Notes: a model not told the origin generated them from the sequence alone. Positions 43,327 through 53,623 are shown, numbered from the stretch's first letter. The stretch: 64,000 nucleotides of DNA from Myxococcota bacterium (GCA_965223705.1 OZ245015.1:1184001-1248000); one strand, 5' to 3'. A program made the numbers and translations.

Positions 43327-44510
43327 GTCGGCTCGTTGACGCACTCGGGGAGTGCCTTGACCAGGGTTTCGAGGTGATCTTCCCGGTGGCTCGCCATCAC
43401 GCTCAAGCGAAGCCGCGCGGTGCCGGGGGGCACGGTGGGTTCGCGAATCGCCGCTACGTAGAGGCCGCGTTCGAGAAGCCTTTCGGCGGCGCGCACGGCG
43501 CGGCGCGCGTCTCCCACAAGAACCGGCAGGATCTGGCTCTCGCAGTGCGGGACGTCGAGGCCTGCTGTACGGAGGGCCGTGCCCAATTTCGCCACTCTCT
43601 GCCGGAGGCCCGAAGCTCGCTCCGGTTCGCGCTGGCAAAGCGCAATGGCCGCGTCCGCGGCGGCCGCCGCGGCGGGGGGCAGGCCAGTCGTAAAGATGAA
43701 CGAGCGCGCGCGATTGATGAGAAGGTCGATGAGCTCGCGACTTCCGGCGACGTAGGCACCGAAGGAGCCGAGCGCTTTTCCGAGGGTGCCGATTTGAACA
43801 TCGACCGCGTCGGTCAAGCCGAGTTCGTGAACCAAGCCGGCGCCGGTCTTTCCGAAAACGCCGACAGCGTGCGCCTCATCCACCATGAGCCACGCGCCGT
43901 GCTTCTGACACACGGCGACCATATCGGCCAAGGGAGCGCAATCGCCGTCCATCGAGAACACAGATTCGGTGACGACCAGCAATCGCCGAGCCGCGTTCGC
44001 GTGCTGTTCAAGGAGAGATTCCAGGTGCGACACGTCGCTGTGTCGAAAGATCTCGATCTGTGCCTTCGACAGACGACAGCCGTCGATGATGCTCGCGTGG
44101 TTGAGGCTGTCGGAAAGCACCAGGTCGCCGGAGCGCACCAGGCTTCCAATGACGCCTAAGTTGGCCTGAAAGCCCGTCGAAAAGGCGAGCGCGGCGGCGG
44201 AGCCCTTCCAATCGGCGAGACGTTCTTCCAGGTTTGCGTGCGGCGTCATGTGGCCGGAGATGAGACGCGAGGACACGCTGCTCGTTCCGTAGCGCGACGT
44301 CGCGTCGAGAGCGGCTTGAACGACCTCGGGGTGATCCGCCAGTCCCAAATAGTTGTTGGAGCAGAAGAGCAGAACTTCGCGCCCGGCCAACGTGACCGAC
44401 GGGCCTTGGGCGCTTTCAATTTCTCGGAGATGGCGCCACAAGCCCCGCTCACGGGTCGCGTCGAGCTCGCTGCGAGCGGCGCTCACGAGGTCGGGTCGGA
44501 ATTCCGGCAT
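43323..44510 (-). CDS. bioF: 8-amino-7-oxononanoate synthase
   Basis: SNNYLGL, LNHASIIDG, ESVFSMDGD, DEAH, GTLGKALG, PTVPPG. Confidence 0.95.
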   Translation of the reverse strand: MPEFRPDLVSAARSELDATRERGLWRHLREIESAQGPSVTLAGREVLLFCSNNYLGLADHPEVVQAALDATSRYGTSSVSSRLISGHMTPHANLEERLADWKGSAAALAFSTGFQANLGVIGSLVRSGDLVLSDSLNHASIIDGCRLSKAQIEIFRHSDVSHLESLLEQHANAARRLLVVTESVFSMDGDCAPLADMVAVCQKHGAWLMVDEAHAVGVFGKTGAGLVHELGLTDAVDVQIGTLGKALGSFGAYVAGSRELIDLLINRARSFIFTTGLPPAAAAAADAAIALCQREPERASGLRQRVAKLGTALRTAGLDVPHCESQILPVLVGDARRAVRAAERLLERGLYVAAIREPTVPPGTARLRLSVMASHREDHLETLVKALPECVNEPT

Positions 44511-44595
44511 CTCGGCGTGGTAAGCCAGTCACGGCGCTCCTGTCAACTCATCGTTTGTGGCGGGTTGACAGAGGGCAGCGCCCCCGAGGGGCTGG

Positions 44596-45603
44596 CTAGC
44601 GGCGGCGAAGTACGAGCCACGCCATGCGCACGCCGAGGAGTAGTACCAGCAGGGCGGCGACGAAGAAGCCGCGCTGAATGTTCAGCAGTGTCGCGACGGC
44701 AGCGGCATTGCTCCGGGTCGGGAGTGGCGCGATTCGCGGGTGCTGCCCGCGCAGAATCGCGACGAGAATCTCGGCGACGCGCGACCACCGTGCGGCCAGC
44801 GCTACGAGCGCATCGCCTTCGTAGCTGAACACCGCGTTGCTTGTATACAGGTAGAAATAATCGACCGCGCGCGCGTAGTAGTCGATGGCGCCGGCGGCAT
44901 CCTTGAATCCGAACTGGTCCGCGTCCAGCGGCACGACTGCGATCACGTCCGCCGGGCGCTCCGACCGCAGACGCTTGTTGAATTCGGCAACCGAGAGCGG
45001 GATCCGGCTCACCGGGTCGACGACGCGGAACGCGTTGAAGACGTCGAAGAACACCCACTTCGAGAAGCGACGTGAATAGATCTCGTTGAACGCGTGGCCG
45101 GCACCGAAACCACCGAGGCCGTAGCCCCATTCGCGCACGGGAATATCCGCTGCCAGCGCGAGTCCCATGAAGGTCTGGCTGTAATCCGCGCAGTAACCGC
45201 GGCCCTCGTTTCGGATTTCGTCCAGCGCCCTCACGGTGTCGGCGCGGATTGGGCTTCCCACGCGCGGGTTGTCGCCGAGCGCGACACCGAGCCGAAGGGC
45301 CTTCTCGAGCGGGGTGATGTGCGGGCCGTCGTCACCGACCATCGCGTCTGCGGCCGAGCGCAGCGCCGGCGGCGCCAACTGGGTTTCTCGTGTGAAGGCG
45401 GGTGGGCCTTGGCCCGGAACCCAGTCGAAACGCTCGATTGACGCAGTGTTCAGGGAAAGGCTGTTACGGGCCAGGGTGCCGTAGCGATCGGAAGTGCCGA
45501 ACGCGATGACACCGACGGTGACGATCATCGCGAGTGGGGCATCAACCCATAGTTCTCTCGGTATCACGCCGCACCAGAAGGCCCCCCGAGTACTCGCCGG
45601 CAT
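44596..45603 (-). CDS. membrane-anchored transglutaminase-like protein (start uncertain)
   Basis: GYCADYS, GHAFNEIY, WVFFD (Cys-His-Asp spacing typical of transglutaminase cores); N- and C-terminal hydrophobic segments. Confidence 0.65.
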   Translation of the reverse strand: MPASTRGAFWCGVIPRELWVDAPLAMIVTVGVIAFGTSDRYGTLARNSLSLNTASIERFDWVPGQGPPAFTRETQLAPPALRSAADAMVGDDGPHITPLEKALRLGVALGDNPRVGSPIRADTVRALDEIRNEGRGYCADYSQTFMGLALAADIPVREWGYGLGGFGAGHAFNEIYSRRFSKWVFFDVFNAFRVVDPVSRIPLSVAEFNKRLRSERPADVIAVVPLDADQFGFKDAAGAIDYYARAVDYFYLYTSNAVFSYEGDALVALAARWSRVAEILVAILRGQHPRIAPLPTRSNAAAVATLLNIQRGFFVAALLVLLLGVRMAWLVLRRR

Positions 45604-45700
45604 CCAGTATATCCGAGCCGTCTGTTCGGAGTTCGATCAAAGCGAGCGTGCGACCTCGATCGCTCCGGAACCCCCCTAGGGGCGTGTTAGACTTTTCTCC

Positions 45701-46867
45701 ATGGACTTCAGACTCGACTCCGAACTCGAAAGCATTCAGCACGAGGCTCGTCGCCTCGCGCACAAGTTCGACGACGACTACTGGCGCGATCACGACGAGA
45801 AACACGAATTCCCCTGGGAGTTCTACAACGCGTTCGCCGAGCAGGGCTGGATCGGAATCTTGGTGCCGGAGGAATACGGCGGCGGCGGCCTCGGCGTGAG
45901 CCACGCGGCGGTTTTGCTGAATGCCGTCGCGCACAGTGCCGGCGTGCAGAATGCCGCGTCGGCGCTGCATCTATCGATCTTCGGCATGGGGCCGGTCATC
46001 CATCACGGCTCCGACGAGCTCAAGCAGCGGACGTTGCCTCCGACCGCGACTGGCGAGCTTCACGTTTCCTTCGGTGTGACGGAAGACGATGCCGGAACCG
46101 ACACGTCGAGGATCCGAACGTTCGCGAAGCGCGACGGCAACCGCTGGATCGTGAACGGGAAAAAGATCTGGAACACGAAGGCTCAGCAGGCCCAGAAAGT
46201 GCTGTTGCTCACGCGGACGACGCCGCGTGAAGAATGCGCGAAGCCCCTTCAAGGCATGACGCTCTTCCTGGCGAATCTCGACCCGAACCACTGCGAGATC
46301 CGACCGATCGACAAGTGCGGTCGCAACGCCGTGAATTCGAATGAGCTCTTCATCCACGACCTTCCCGTCGAAGACGCCGACGTCGTCGGAGAAGTCGGTC
46401 GCGGCTTCTACTACCTCCTCGATGGTCTCAACCCGGAGCGGATCGTGATCGCGTCGGAATGTTGCGGTATCGGTCGTCAGGCGATCGACAAGGCCGTTCA
46501 CTACGCCAAAGAGCGAGAAGTGTTCGATCGACCCATCGGGATGAACCAGGCCATCGCCCACCCACTGGCGGACGCGTACTCCGAACTCGAGGCGGCGGAT
46601 CTCCTCTGGCAGAAGGCCGCTTGGGCCTACGACAACGGCGAACCCTGCGGTCCGCTCGCCAACATGGCGAAGCTCCGCGCGAGTGAGGCTTCGTTCAAGG
46701 CCTGCGATCGCGCAGTCCAGACGTTCGGCGGCATGGGCTACGCGAGAGAGTGCAATGTCGAGCGCTACTGGCGGGAGTCGCGGATGTCGCGCATTGCGCC
46801 GATCTCGAACGAGATGGTTCTGAACTTCGTCTCGGAGCACGTGCTCGGGCTACCCCGAAGCTACTGA
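45701..46867 (+). CDS. acyl-CoA dehydrogenase
   Basis: PEEYGGGG, FGVTE..AGTD, NGKKIW, FDRPIG.NQAI, QTFGGMGY. Confidence 0.93.
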   Translation: MDFRLDSELESIQHEARRLAHKFDDDYWRDHDEKHEFPWEFYNAFAEQGWIGILVPEEYGGGGLGVSHAAVLLNAVAHSAGVQNAASALHLSIFGMGPVIHHGSDELKQRTLPPTATGELHVSFGVTEDDAGTDTSRIRTFAKRDGNRWIVNGKKIWNTKAQQAQKVLLLTRTTPREECAKPLQGMTLFLANLDPNHCEIRPIDKCGRNAVNSNELFIHDLPVEDADVVGEVGRGFYYLLDGLNPERIVIASECCGIGRQAIDKAVHYAKEREVFDRPIGMNQAIAHPLADAYSELEAADLLWQKAAWAYDNGEPCGPLANMAKLRASEASFKACDRAVQTFGGMGYARECNVERYWRESRMSRIAPISNEMVLNFVSEHVLGLPRSY

Positions 46868-47628
46868 GCGGCGCGCTTCCTCCGGGAAGCGACCGAACGC
46901 GGGCGCGCCGCTGCGGCGAGTTCGACGAAACGCGCCGCGAACTTCGGCCCGGCGCCCGCGTCCTCGTGTTTGAAGAACACGAACGTCTCGGCGACTTCCG
47001 ACCGACGGATCCGCTTCACCCAGTCGCGAAGCTCGCCCGCCTCGTATCCGGAGCGACGCAGGCGTAGGTAGCTCCAATCGGCCGTAGGCTCGAACGTCAC
47101 GGCCGGCTCCTCCTCGGCGTCGACCGCGACCCGGGCAAAGTTCCGGGCGCGAAGGCGTTCGTCGACGGCGGTGTCGCGCCACGACGGGTGCCGGAACTCG
47201 AAGGCGCAGCGGGCCGTTTCCGGCAGAGCGTCGATAAAGCGATCCAAACGCTCGAGATCGAGCTTCAGGTTGGGCGGGAGTTGGAACAACACGCAACCCA
47301 AGCGCTCGCCCAGTGCCGCGAGGTTGCCGAGGAGAAACTCGAGCTCGTCGCTCGTGTCCTTGAGCCTTTTGTGGTGCGTGATCCTCCGCGATGCCTTCAC
47401 CGCAAAGCGGAACGTTTCGGGAACCTGCTCCGCCCAACCCGCTAGGACCTCGCGCTTCGGCATGCGATAGAAGGTGTTGTTGACCTCGACCGAATCGAGC
47501 CGCGCCGCGTAGTAGGCGAGCATTTCCCTCGCCGGAAGCTTCTCGGGGTAGAAGGGACCCTTCCATTCCTTGTAGCTGTAGCCGCTGGTACCGACGTGGA
47601 GATCCATCGCTCGCATTCTACCGGTCAA
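46861..47628 (-). CDS. DUF72 (YecE-like) protein (start TTG 47628 or ATG 47607)
   Basis: VGTSGYSYKEW, VEVNNTFYRMP, FAVKA.RRITH, LFQLPP, FEFRH.SW, YLRLR. Confidence 0.9.
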   Translation of the reverse strand: MTGRMRAMDLHVGTSGYSYKEWKGPFYPEKLPAREMLAYYAARLDSVEVNNTFYRMPKREVLAGWAEQVPETFRFAVKASRRITHHKRLKDTSDELEFLLGNLAALGERLGCVLFQLPPNLKLDLERLDRFIDALPETARCAFEFRHPSWRDTAVDERLRARNFARVAVDAEEEPAVTFEPTADWSYLRLRRSGYEAGELRDWVKRIRRSEVAETFVFFKHEDAGAGPKFAARFVELAAAARPRSVASRRKRAAQ

Positions 47629-48392
47629 CGCATCGTCGTGTAACCGCCGTCGACGGCGAGTGTCTGGCCCGTGACCATTCGTGCGGCGTCACCGGCGAGG
47701 TAGATCACCGCCGCCGCCATTTCGTAGGGCTCCGCGAGACGGCCCATCGGGACTTTCTCGAGATGGCGCGCGAAGTCCGGGTTCTTGACGGCCTCTTCGA
47801 GGAGCGGCGTCCGCGTAAAGGTGGGAGCGACACAATTGACGGTGATTTGGTGGGTCGCCCACTCGCCGGCGAGAGACCGCGTCATTTGGTGGACCGCACC
47901 TTTCGCGGCGCCGTAAGGCACGCGCTGCGGCGCGCCGATAATGCCCGCCTGGGACGTGATCGAAATGACGCTTCCGGGAATGCCCGCCTCGATCATGCGT
48001 CTGCCGTTCGCGAGGGTCATGCGCAGGGTGCCCTTGAAGTTCACGTCGATGATTTCGTCGAGTTCGTTGTCGTCGTACGCGATGGCGTCTTTGGGCGTAT
48101 TGATGCCGGCGTTGTTGACGAGCACGTCCACGCGGCCGAACGCGCTCCACGCGCTTTCCGTAAAGGACGCGATACTCGCCGCGTCTCCGATATCGAGTCG
48201 AAACGCCTCGGCCCGGACACCCGCTTCCCGGCAGCTCTTCGCGACGGCTTCGCATTCGGAGACGTTCCGGCTCCCCAGAACGACGTCGCCTCCAAAAGCC
48301 GCCACTTCTGTGGCGATGGACTTACCGATTCCCCGGCCGGCACCGGTGACGATGACGGTCTTTCCCGAGAGATCAAAGCGCACTTGATTCAA
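47625..48392 (-). CDS. short-chain dehydrogenase/reductase
   Basis: TGAGRGIG, NNAG, YGAAK, VDGG; overlaps the ligD stop. Confidence 0.9.
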   Translation of the reverse strand: MNQVRFDLSGKTVIVTGAGRGIGKSIATEVAAFGGDVVLGSRNVSECEAVAKSCREAGVRAEAFRLDIGDAASIASFTESAWSAFGRVDVLVNNAGINTPKDAIAYDDNELDEIIDVNFKGTLRMTLANGRRMIEAGIPGSVISITSQAGIIGAPQRVPYGAAKGAVHQMTRSLAGEWATHQITVNCVAPTFTRTPLLEEAVKNPDFARHLEKVPMGRLAEPYEMAAAVIYLAGDAARMVTGQTLAVDGGYTTMR

Positions 48393-50929
48393 TTCGTTGC
48401 TCCTTCGGCTGAGACACCTTCGAGGTGTTCGACGAGCGACTGAAGTAGGCGCCCGAGATCGAGCGACGCCGACAACAGATCCTGCATCGGGTCGCCGCGC
48501 TGCGCCATTTGGCGGGGCGTGCGGACCACGTTCCAGCGGTTCGGATCGAGACGGCGCGTGACCTGCCCCCAGGTGAGCGGCGTCGAAACCGGCGCACCGG
48601 GGAGCGGCCGAACGGAGAACGGCGCGGCGATGAGCTTACCGCGGCCGTTTTGCAGGTAGTCGACGTAGACCTTGTCCCCGCGCGCCGCCACGGGTCGCGT
48701 CACCGTCGCGATCTCCGGAAGCTCCGCGCACAACACCCGCGCGAGAATTTCGGCGAGGTGCTTCGCTTCTTCGTGACCGATCGCTTCCGCTCCAGCCAGC
48801 GGAACGAGGATGTGGAGGCCCGCCTGGCCGGAAGTTTTCACGAAGTGGGGTGTCGCGAGTTCGGTCAGCAAGCGGTGTGCGACACGAGCGATCTCGACCA
48901 CGTGACGAAACGGCGCCTCCTTCGGATCGAGATCGAGGATCAACCAGTCGGGGCGGTCGAGCCGCCCGCGGCGGGCGGTCCAGACGTGGAGCGGGATCGC
49001 GCCGGAGTTGATGACATAGAGCAGGGTGCGAAGATCGTTGCAAATGAAGTAGTCGGTGTCGTCGATAGGTTCTCGCGTCACCCACGGCGGAGTAAACTCC
49101 GGCGCATTCTTTTGATAGAAGTGCTTGCCGTCGATGCCGTCCGGGTAGCGGGTGAGAACCACCGGTCGGTCGCGCAAGTATGGGGCGAGCCAGGGCCAGA
49201 TCGTTTCGTAGTAGCGAAGGAGATCGCCCTTCGTGTACCCGTCGACTGGCCAAAACACTTTATCGAGTCGCGTGAGGTTGGGCTCCGCGGGTTCTGACTT
49301 CGCAATCGGAGAAGCATTGCGATCGGCGGCGCGGGTTTCCGGGGCCGCGCACGTCTCCGGCGCAACGTCGTCGCGCCACTCGAGGAACACCGGGTGGCGC
49401 ATGACGCCGGCGTTCGTGAGCTCCGTATAGCGGCCTTCGCAGACCAGAAGTGGCTCGAGGAGCCGCGTGCCGCGCGGCAGGGGCGCAGGGAGCCCCTGCA
49501 CCGTCGAAGTGTCTCGCTCGTGATCCGCTGCGAACGACAAGGCGCGGGAAACGGAATCTTCGCTGAGTCCCGATCCCAAGTTCCCGGCATACGTGAGCAC
49601 GCCGTCGCGGTACCAGCCGCACATGAGGGAGCCGAGTGCCTTGCGCGAGCCTTTGCCGGGCGAAATGCCGACGACCACGAGATTCGCGGTGCGCGGGATC
49701 TTGAGTTTTTGCCAATCGGGGGATCGTTGACCGGATCGATACGGAGAATCCATCCGCTTCGCGACGACGCCTTCGAGGCCAAAGTCTCGTGCGGCTTCGT
49801 ACAGGCGTTCGCCATCGACTTCGACGTGATCGGCGAAGCGCACAACGCCGCGCTGGGGGCAGAACTCGGCGAGGATTTCCTTTCGCTTGACGAGCGGCAA
49901 CCCGCGCAGATCCCGACCGAGGACAGACAGAGCGTCGAATGCCACGAACGTCACCGGGAGCTCTGCCGCAGCAGCCGCGACTCCATCGGGGTCGGTCTGC
50001 GTAAAACGCCGCTGGATTTTTTCGAATGAGCTGCGCCCCGAGTTGTCAAACACCGCGATCTCACCGTCGATGGCGAACTCGTCGATGGGTACGTGGCGAA
50101 GCGCATTCACGAGCTCGGGATAGAGCGCCGCGCGATCGGCGCCGCTCCGCACGCGGAGCGTGACGTCATCGCCCCGTCGGATGGCGACCGCGCGCACCCC
50201 ATCGACCTTGAGCTCGAACAACCAACCCGCCCGCGAAAAGGGGCCGTCTCCTCGTGCTGCCAACATGGGCGCGTAGTCGTCACCACCGAGCTCTCGATTG
50301 CGAACGCCTCGCTTCGGTAGAGCCGCTTCGACTTCGTCTTTTCGCGTGACGCCCTGCGCGACTTCCTCGACGCGCAGCCCGCTGAAGACCGACTCCGGTG
50401 CCCGCATGGCTTCCGCAGCGGACGCGTCGAGCGCGCGGCCCTTTCGGAAAAGGAGCCAGTCGCGACCTTCACCGCGCTTCGTCTGCACCAGAGCGAAACG
50501 CCCGCGCAGTTTGTGTCCGTCGATTTCGAGGTCGAGCTTTCCGGCATCGAGAGCAGCGGCGGGACTCCGCCCGTCGACGCTTCGATAGACGCCGCAGTCC
50601 CAGACGATCATCGCCCCGGCGCCGTAGTTTCCTTCGGGGATGACGCCCTCGAAAGCCGCGTATTCGATCGGGTGGTCTTCGGTCCGAACGGCGAGACGCT
50701 TTTCCTCGGGATCGATGCTGGGTCCTTTGGGCACCGCCCAGCTGACCAGAACGTCACCGATTTCGAGACGTAAATCCCAGTGGAGCTGTCTGGCCGCATG
50801 TTGCTGTACGACAAACCGATAAGAAGCGTCGGGGGCGCGCCGCAGGGGAGGGCGCTCCTCGCCGAACGGTTCGGGAGTGCGTGTGGCGTCGCGCTTCGCG
50901 CGATATGCACGGAGATCTCGCGGGCTCAA
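48389..50929 (-). CDS. ligD: NHEJ DNA ligase D (phosphoesterase-ligase-polymerase)
   Basis: PE: FVVQQHAARQLHWDLRLE, SWAVPKGPS; LIG: ELKVDGVR, EGVVAK; POL: RYPDG, PDWLILDLDP, KTSG..GLH, YVDYLQN. Confidence 0.95.
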   Translation of the reverse strand: MSPRDLRAYRAKRDATRTPEPFGEERPPLRRAPDASYRFVVQQHAARQLHWDLRLEIGDVLVSWAVPKGPSIDPEEKRLAVRTEDHPIEYAAFEGVIPEGNYGAGAMIVWDCGVYRSVDGRSPAAALDAGKLDLEIDGHKLRGRFALVQTKRGEGRDWLLFRKGRALDASAAEAMRAPESVFSGLRVEEVAQGVTRKDEVEAALPKRGVRNRELGGDDYAPMLAARGDGPFSRAGWLFELKVDGVRAVAIRRGDDVTLRVRSGADRAALYPELVNALRHVPIDEFAIDGEIAVFDNSGRSSFEKIQRRFTQTDPDGVAAAAAELPVTFVAFDALSVLGRDLRGLPLVKRKEILAEFCPQRGVVRFADHVEVDGERLYEAARDFGLEGVVAKRMDSPYRSGQRSPDWQKLKIPRTANLVVVGISPGKGSRKALGSLMCGWYRDGVLTYAGNLGSGLSEDSVSRALSFAADHERDTSTVQGLPAPLPRGTRLLEPLLVCEGRYTELTNAGVMRHPVFLEWRDDVAPETCAAPETRAADRNASPIAKSEPAEPNLTRLDKVFWPVDGYTKGDLLRYYETIWPWLAPYLRDRPVVLTRYPDGIDGKHFYQKNAPEFTPPWVTREPIDDTDYFICNDLRTLLYVINSGAIPLHVWTARRGRLDRPDWLILDLDPKEAPFRHVVEIARVAHRLLTELATPHFVKTSGQAGLHILVPLAGAEAIGHEEAKHLAEILARVLCAELPEIATVTRPVAARGDKVYVDYLQNGRGKLIAAPFSVRPLPGAPVSTPLTWGQVTRRLDPNRWNVVRTPRQMAQRGDPMQDLLSASLDLGRLLQSLVEHLEGVSAEGATN

Positions 50930-50993
50930 CGGGCCCTATGTTAGGTTCACCGGCCCGCTTCCCGCGAACTTGCCCCTCCCCGAGGTACCCCGA

Positions 50994-51878
50994 ATGGCAG
51001 CTCGAGCGACGGCCTCCGGAACGATCAGCTTCGGCTTGGTTTCGATCCCCGTAAAGCTCTACACGGCGGCGAGCTCCAAAGCCGTGCGCTTCAACATGCT
51101 CGATCCCTCCGACCATTCGCGGGTGAAGCAGCAGTACGTAAACGCCACGAGCGGGGAAGTGGTCGAACGGACCGCCCTGGTCAAAGGCTACGAGTACGCC
51201 CGCGGCCAATACGTCGTGATGTCGGAAGAGGAGTTGAAAGAGCTCGAAGCGAAGAGCGATCGGTCGATCGAGATCGAAGCGTTCGTCCCGATCGAGAGCG
51301 TCGACCCGGTCTACTTCGAGAAGTCGAACTTGCTCGGTCCGGACAAGGGCGGCCAAAAGGCGTACCGACTGCTCAATCAGGCGATGAACAAGATGGGCGT
51401 CGTGGCGGTGGGGCGCTTTGCGACGCGCGGTCGGCGACAGCTCGTGTTGATCCGGCCGCTCGGCGAGGGCCTGGTGCTCCAGGGTTTGTACTACGCCGAC
51501 GAAGTGCGTCGCTTCGACGATATCGAATTCGGCGACGCCGTTGAGATCAAGAAGACAGAGCTCGACCTCGCCGAACAGCTCGTTGAACAACTCACGCAGA
51601 AGAGTTTCCGAGCCGACGCGTACGAAGACGACTACCGCAAGGCCGTGCTCGACGCCGTCGATCGGAAAGTCGCCGGGGAAGAGTTCGTGGTCGTCCGCGA
51701 AGAAGAAGAACGCGAGCAGATCATCGATCTCGTCGCCGCGCTCAAAAAGAGTATCGAAGAGCGAGGCGACGGGGGCACAGCCACTTCCGCGACCGGTCGA
51801 CCGCGGAAGGCGGCGAAGTCAAAAGGCAAGTCCACGAAGAAAACGGCGAAGGCGAGTCGCAAGCGCGCTGCAAAGTAA
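50994..51878 (+). CDS. ku: NHEJ protein Ku
   Basis: GTISFGLVSIPVKLY, VKGYEY, IIDLVAALKKS, Lys-rich tail; GAGG RBS. Confidence 0.95.
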   Translation: MAARATASGTISFGLVSIPVKLYTAASSKAVRFNMLDPSDHSRVKQQYVNATSGEVVERTALVKGYEYARGQYVVMSEEELKELEAKSDRSIEIEAFVPIESVDPVYFEKSNLLGPDKGGQKAYRLLNQAMNKMGVVAVGRFATRGRRQLVLIRPLGEGLVLQGLYYADEVRRFDDIEFGDAVEIKKTELDLAEQLVEQLTQKSFRADAYEDDYRKAVLDAVDRKVAGEEFVVVREEEEREQIIDLVAALKKSIEERGDGGTATSATGRPRKAAKSKGKSTKKTAKASRKRAAK

Positions 51879-51900
51879 ATCGGCGCGCTAGACTCGCCGC

Positions 51901-52710
51901 GTGAGCCGGACGCTTTCCACGGCCGAGGCCGCCCGCATCACGGGCCTGAGTGAAGTGCAAGTGCGTCGCATCGCCCGCTCCGGGCTGCGGCGGCCGGCGC
52001 GCTCCAGCCGGCGCTACGCGTTTACGTTTCAAGATCTCGTCGTGCTGCGCGCGGCCCAGACGTTGATCGAGTCCGGAGTCGCCCCGGGACGCACCGCGCG
52101 TGTGCTGTCCGATCTCGCCGCCGCACTGCCCGGCGAGCGCGCACTCTCGGCGGTGCGTGTGTACGCCGAAGGACGCCGGGTCGCCGTGCGGGATGAAGCC
52201 GGCGCGTGGGACGCCGAAACCGGGCAAGTGCTTCTCGATTTCGACGTGGCGGATTTTGCCGAGGCGACGGGTCCGGCCTTCCGCGTTGGCGGTGCGGACG
52301 ACGACGCGTCTCCGTTCGATCGTGCCCTCGATCTGGAGGAGTCCGATCCCAAGGCCGCCGCCGAGGCATACCGCGAGGTCCTGCGGCTCGCGCCGGATCA
52401 TATCGACGCTCATGTCAATCTCGGCAGGCTCTGCCACGAAGCGGGCGATCTGGAAGGAGCCGAGGCGCTCTACCGCGAAGCGTTCGAGCTGTGCCCGGAC
52501 GATCCGGTCGTCCTCTTCAACCTGGCCCTCGTGCTCGAGGACGCCCGTCGGCTCGAGGAGGCCGTCGCTTGCTATCGCGAAGTCCTACAGATCGATCGTG
52601 ATTTCAGTGACGCGCACTTCAACATCGCGAGTCTCTTCGAAGAGCTGCAGCGCCCCGCCGAGGCGCTGCGCCACTATCGCGACTACCAGCGTTTGCGCGA
52701 TCGGGATTGA
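51901..52710 (+). CDS. MerR-type HTH + tetratricopeptide repeat protein
   Basis: STAEAARITGLSEVQVRR and FTFQDLVVLR (MerR-like), GQVLLDF, three to four TPR repeats. Confidence 0.8.
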   Translation: MSRTLSTAEAARITGLSEVQVRRIARSGLRRPARSSRRYAFTFQDLVVLRAAQTLIESGVAPGRTARVLSDLAAALPGERALSAVRVYAEGRRVAVRDEAGAWDAETGQVLLDFDVADFAEATGPAFRVGGADDDASPFDRALDLEESDPKAAAEAYREVLRLAPDHIDAHVNLGRLCHEAGDLEGAEALYREAFELCPDDPVVLFNLALVLEDARRLEEAVACYREVLQIDRDFSDAHFNIASLFEELQRPAEALRHYRDYQRLRDRD

Positions 52711-52756
52711 GCGCGATCCGTTAAACTGATGTCCCCCTCTATAAGGAGCCTCCCCC

Positions 52757-53623
52757 ATGAAGTTCGGCGTCTTCTTCTCCTCCGTCGGTCCGTTTGTTCA
52801 GCCCGACAATCTCGCTCACCTAGCCCGGACGGCAGAGACCACCGGTTTTGAGTCGATGTGGAGCGTCGAGCACGTGGTGATCCCGGTGGGCTACGAGTCC
52901 GCCTATCCGTATGACAAGAGCGGCCGGATCCCGATGCCCGAAGACGTCCCGTTGGCCGATCCGCTGCTTCCTTTCGCCTACGCCGCCGCCGTCACGAAGA
53001 CGCTGAAGTTCGGCAGTGGCGTCTTGATTCTTCCGCAACAGCATCCGCTCTACGTGGCGAAGCAAGCGGCTACGCTCGACCAGCTGACCCAGGGGCGATT
53101 CCTGATGGGCGTCGGGATCGGCTGGCTCGAAGAAGAGTTCGATGCACTGGGCATTCCGTTCTCGGAGCGCGCTCCGCGAACCGAAGAAGCGATTCAGGCG
53201 ATCCGCTCGCTCTGGAAAGACACGCCCGAGGCGTTCGACGGGAAGTTCTACAAGTGGGGGCCGGTACATTCCCAGCCGAAGCCCGCTCAGCAAGGCGGCG
53301 TTCCCATCATCGTCGGCGGCCATGTGGCCGGCGCGGCGCGGCGTGCGGCTCGCTACGGCGACGGCTTCTTCCCCGGAACGTTCGATGCCGAGTCCTTGGC
53401 CAAGGCGCTCGCGGTGATGAAGGACGAGTGCGGCAAGATCGATCGCGATCCTTCCGAGATCGAGATCACGGCGGGTGTCGCGGGAGATGCCGTAGACACG
53501 ATCAAGCGCTGCGAAGACATGGGCGTGTCTCGGGTCCTCATGTTGGATTTTCCCGGTGGTACCCAGGACGAAGTCTCTGCGAACCTCGAGCGCTACGGGA
53601 ACGAGGTCATCGCAAAGGTTTGA
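52757..53623 (+). CDS. LLM-class (probably F420-dependent) oxidoreductase
   Basis: GFESMWSVEH, AKQAATLDQL..GRF.MGVGIGW..EEF, PIIVGG; AAGGAG RBS. Confidence 0.87.
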   Translation: MKFGVFFSSVGPFVQPDNLAHLARTAETTGFESMWSVEHVVIPVGYESAYPYDKSGRIPMPEDVPLADPLLPFAYAAAVTKTLKFGSGVLILPQQHPLYVAKQAATLDQLTQGRFLMGVGIGWLEEEFDALGIPFSERAPRTEEAIQAIRSLWKDTPEAFDGKFYKWGPVHSQPKPAQQGGVPIIVGGHVAGAARRAARYGDGFFPGTFDAESLAKALAVMKDECGKIDRDPSEIEITAGVAGDAVDTIKRCEDMGVSRVLMLDFPGGTQDEVSANLERYGNEVIAKV

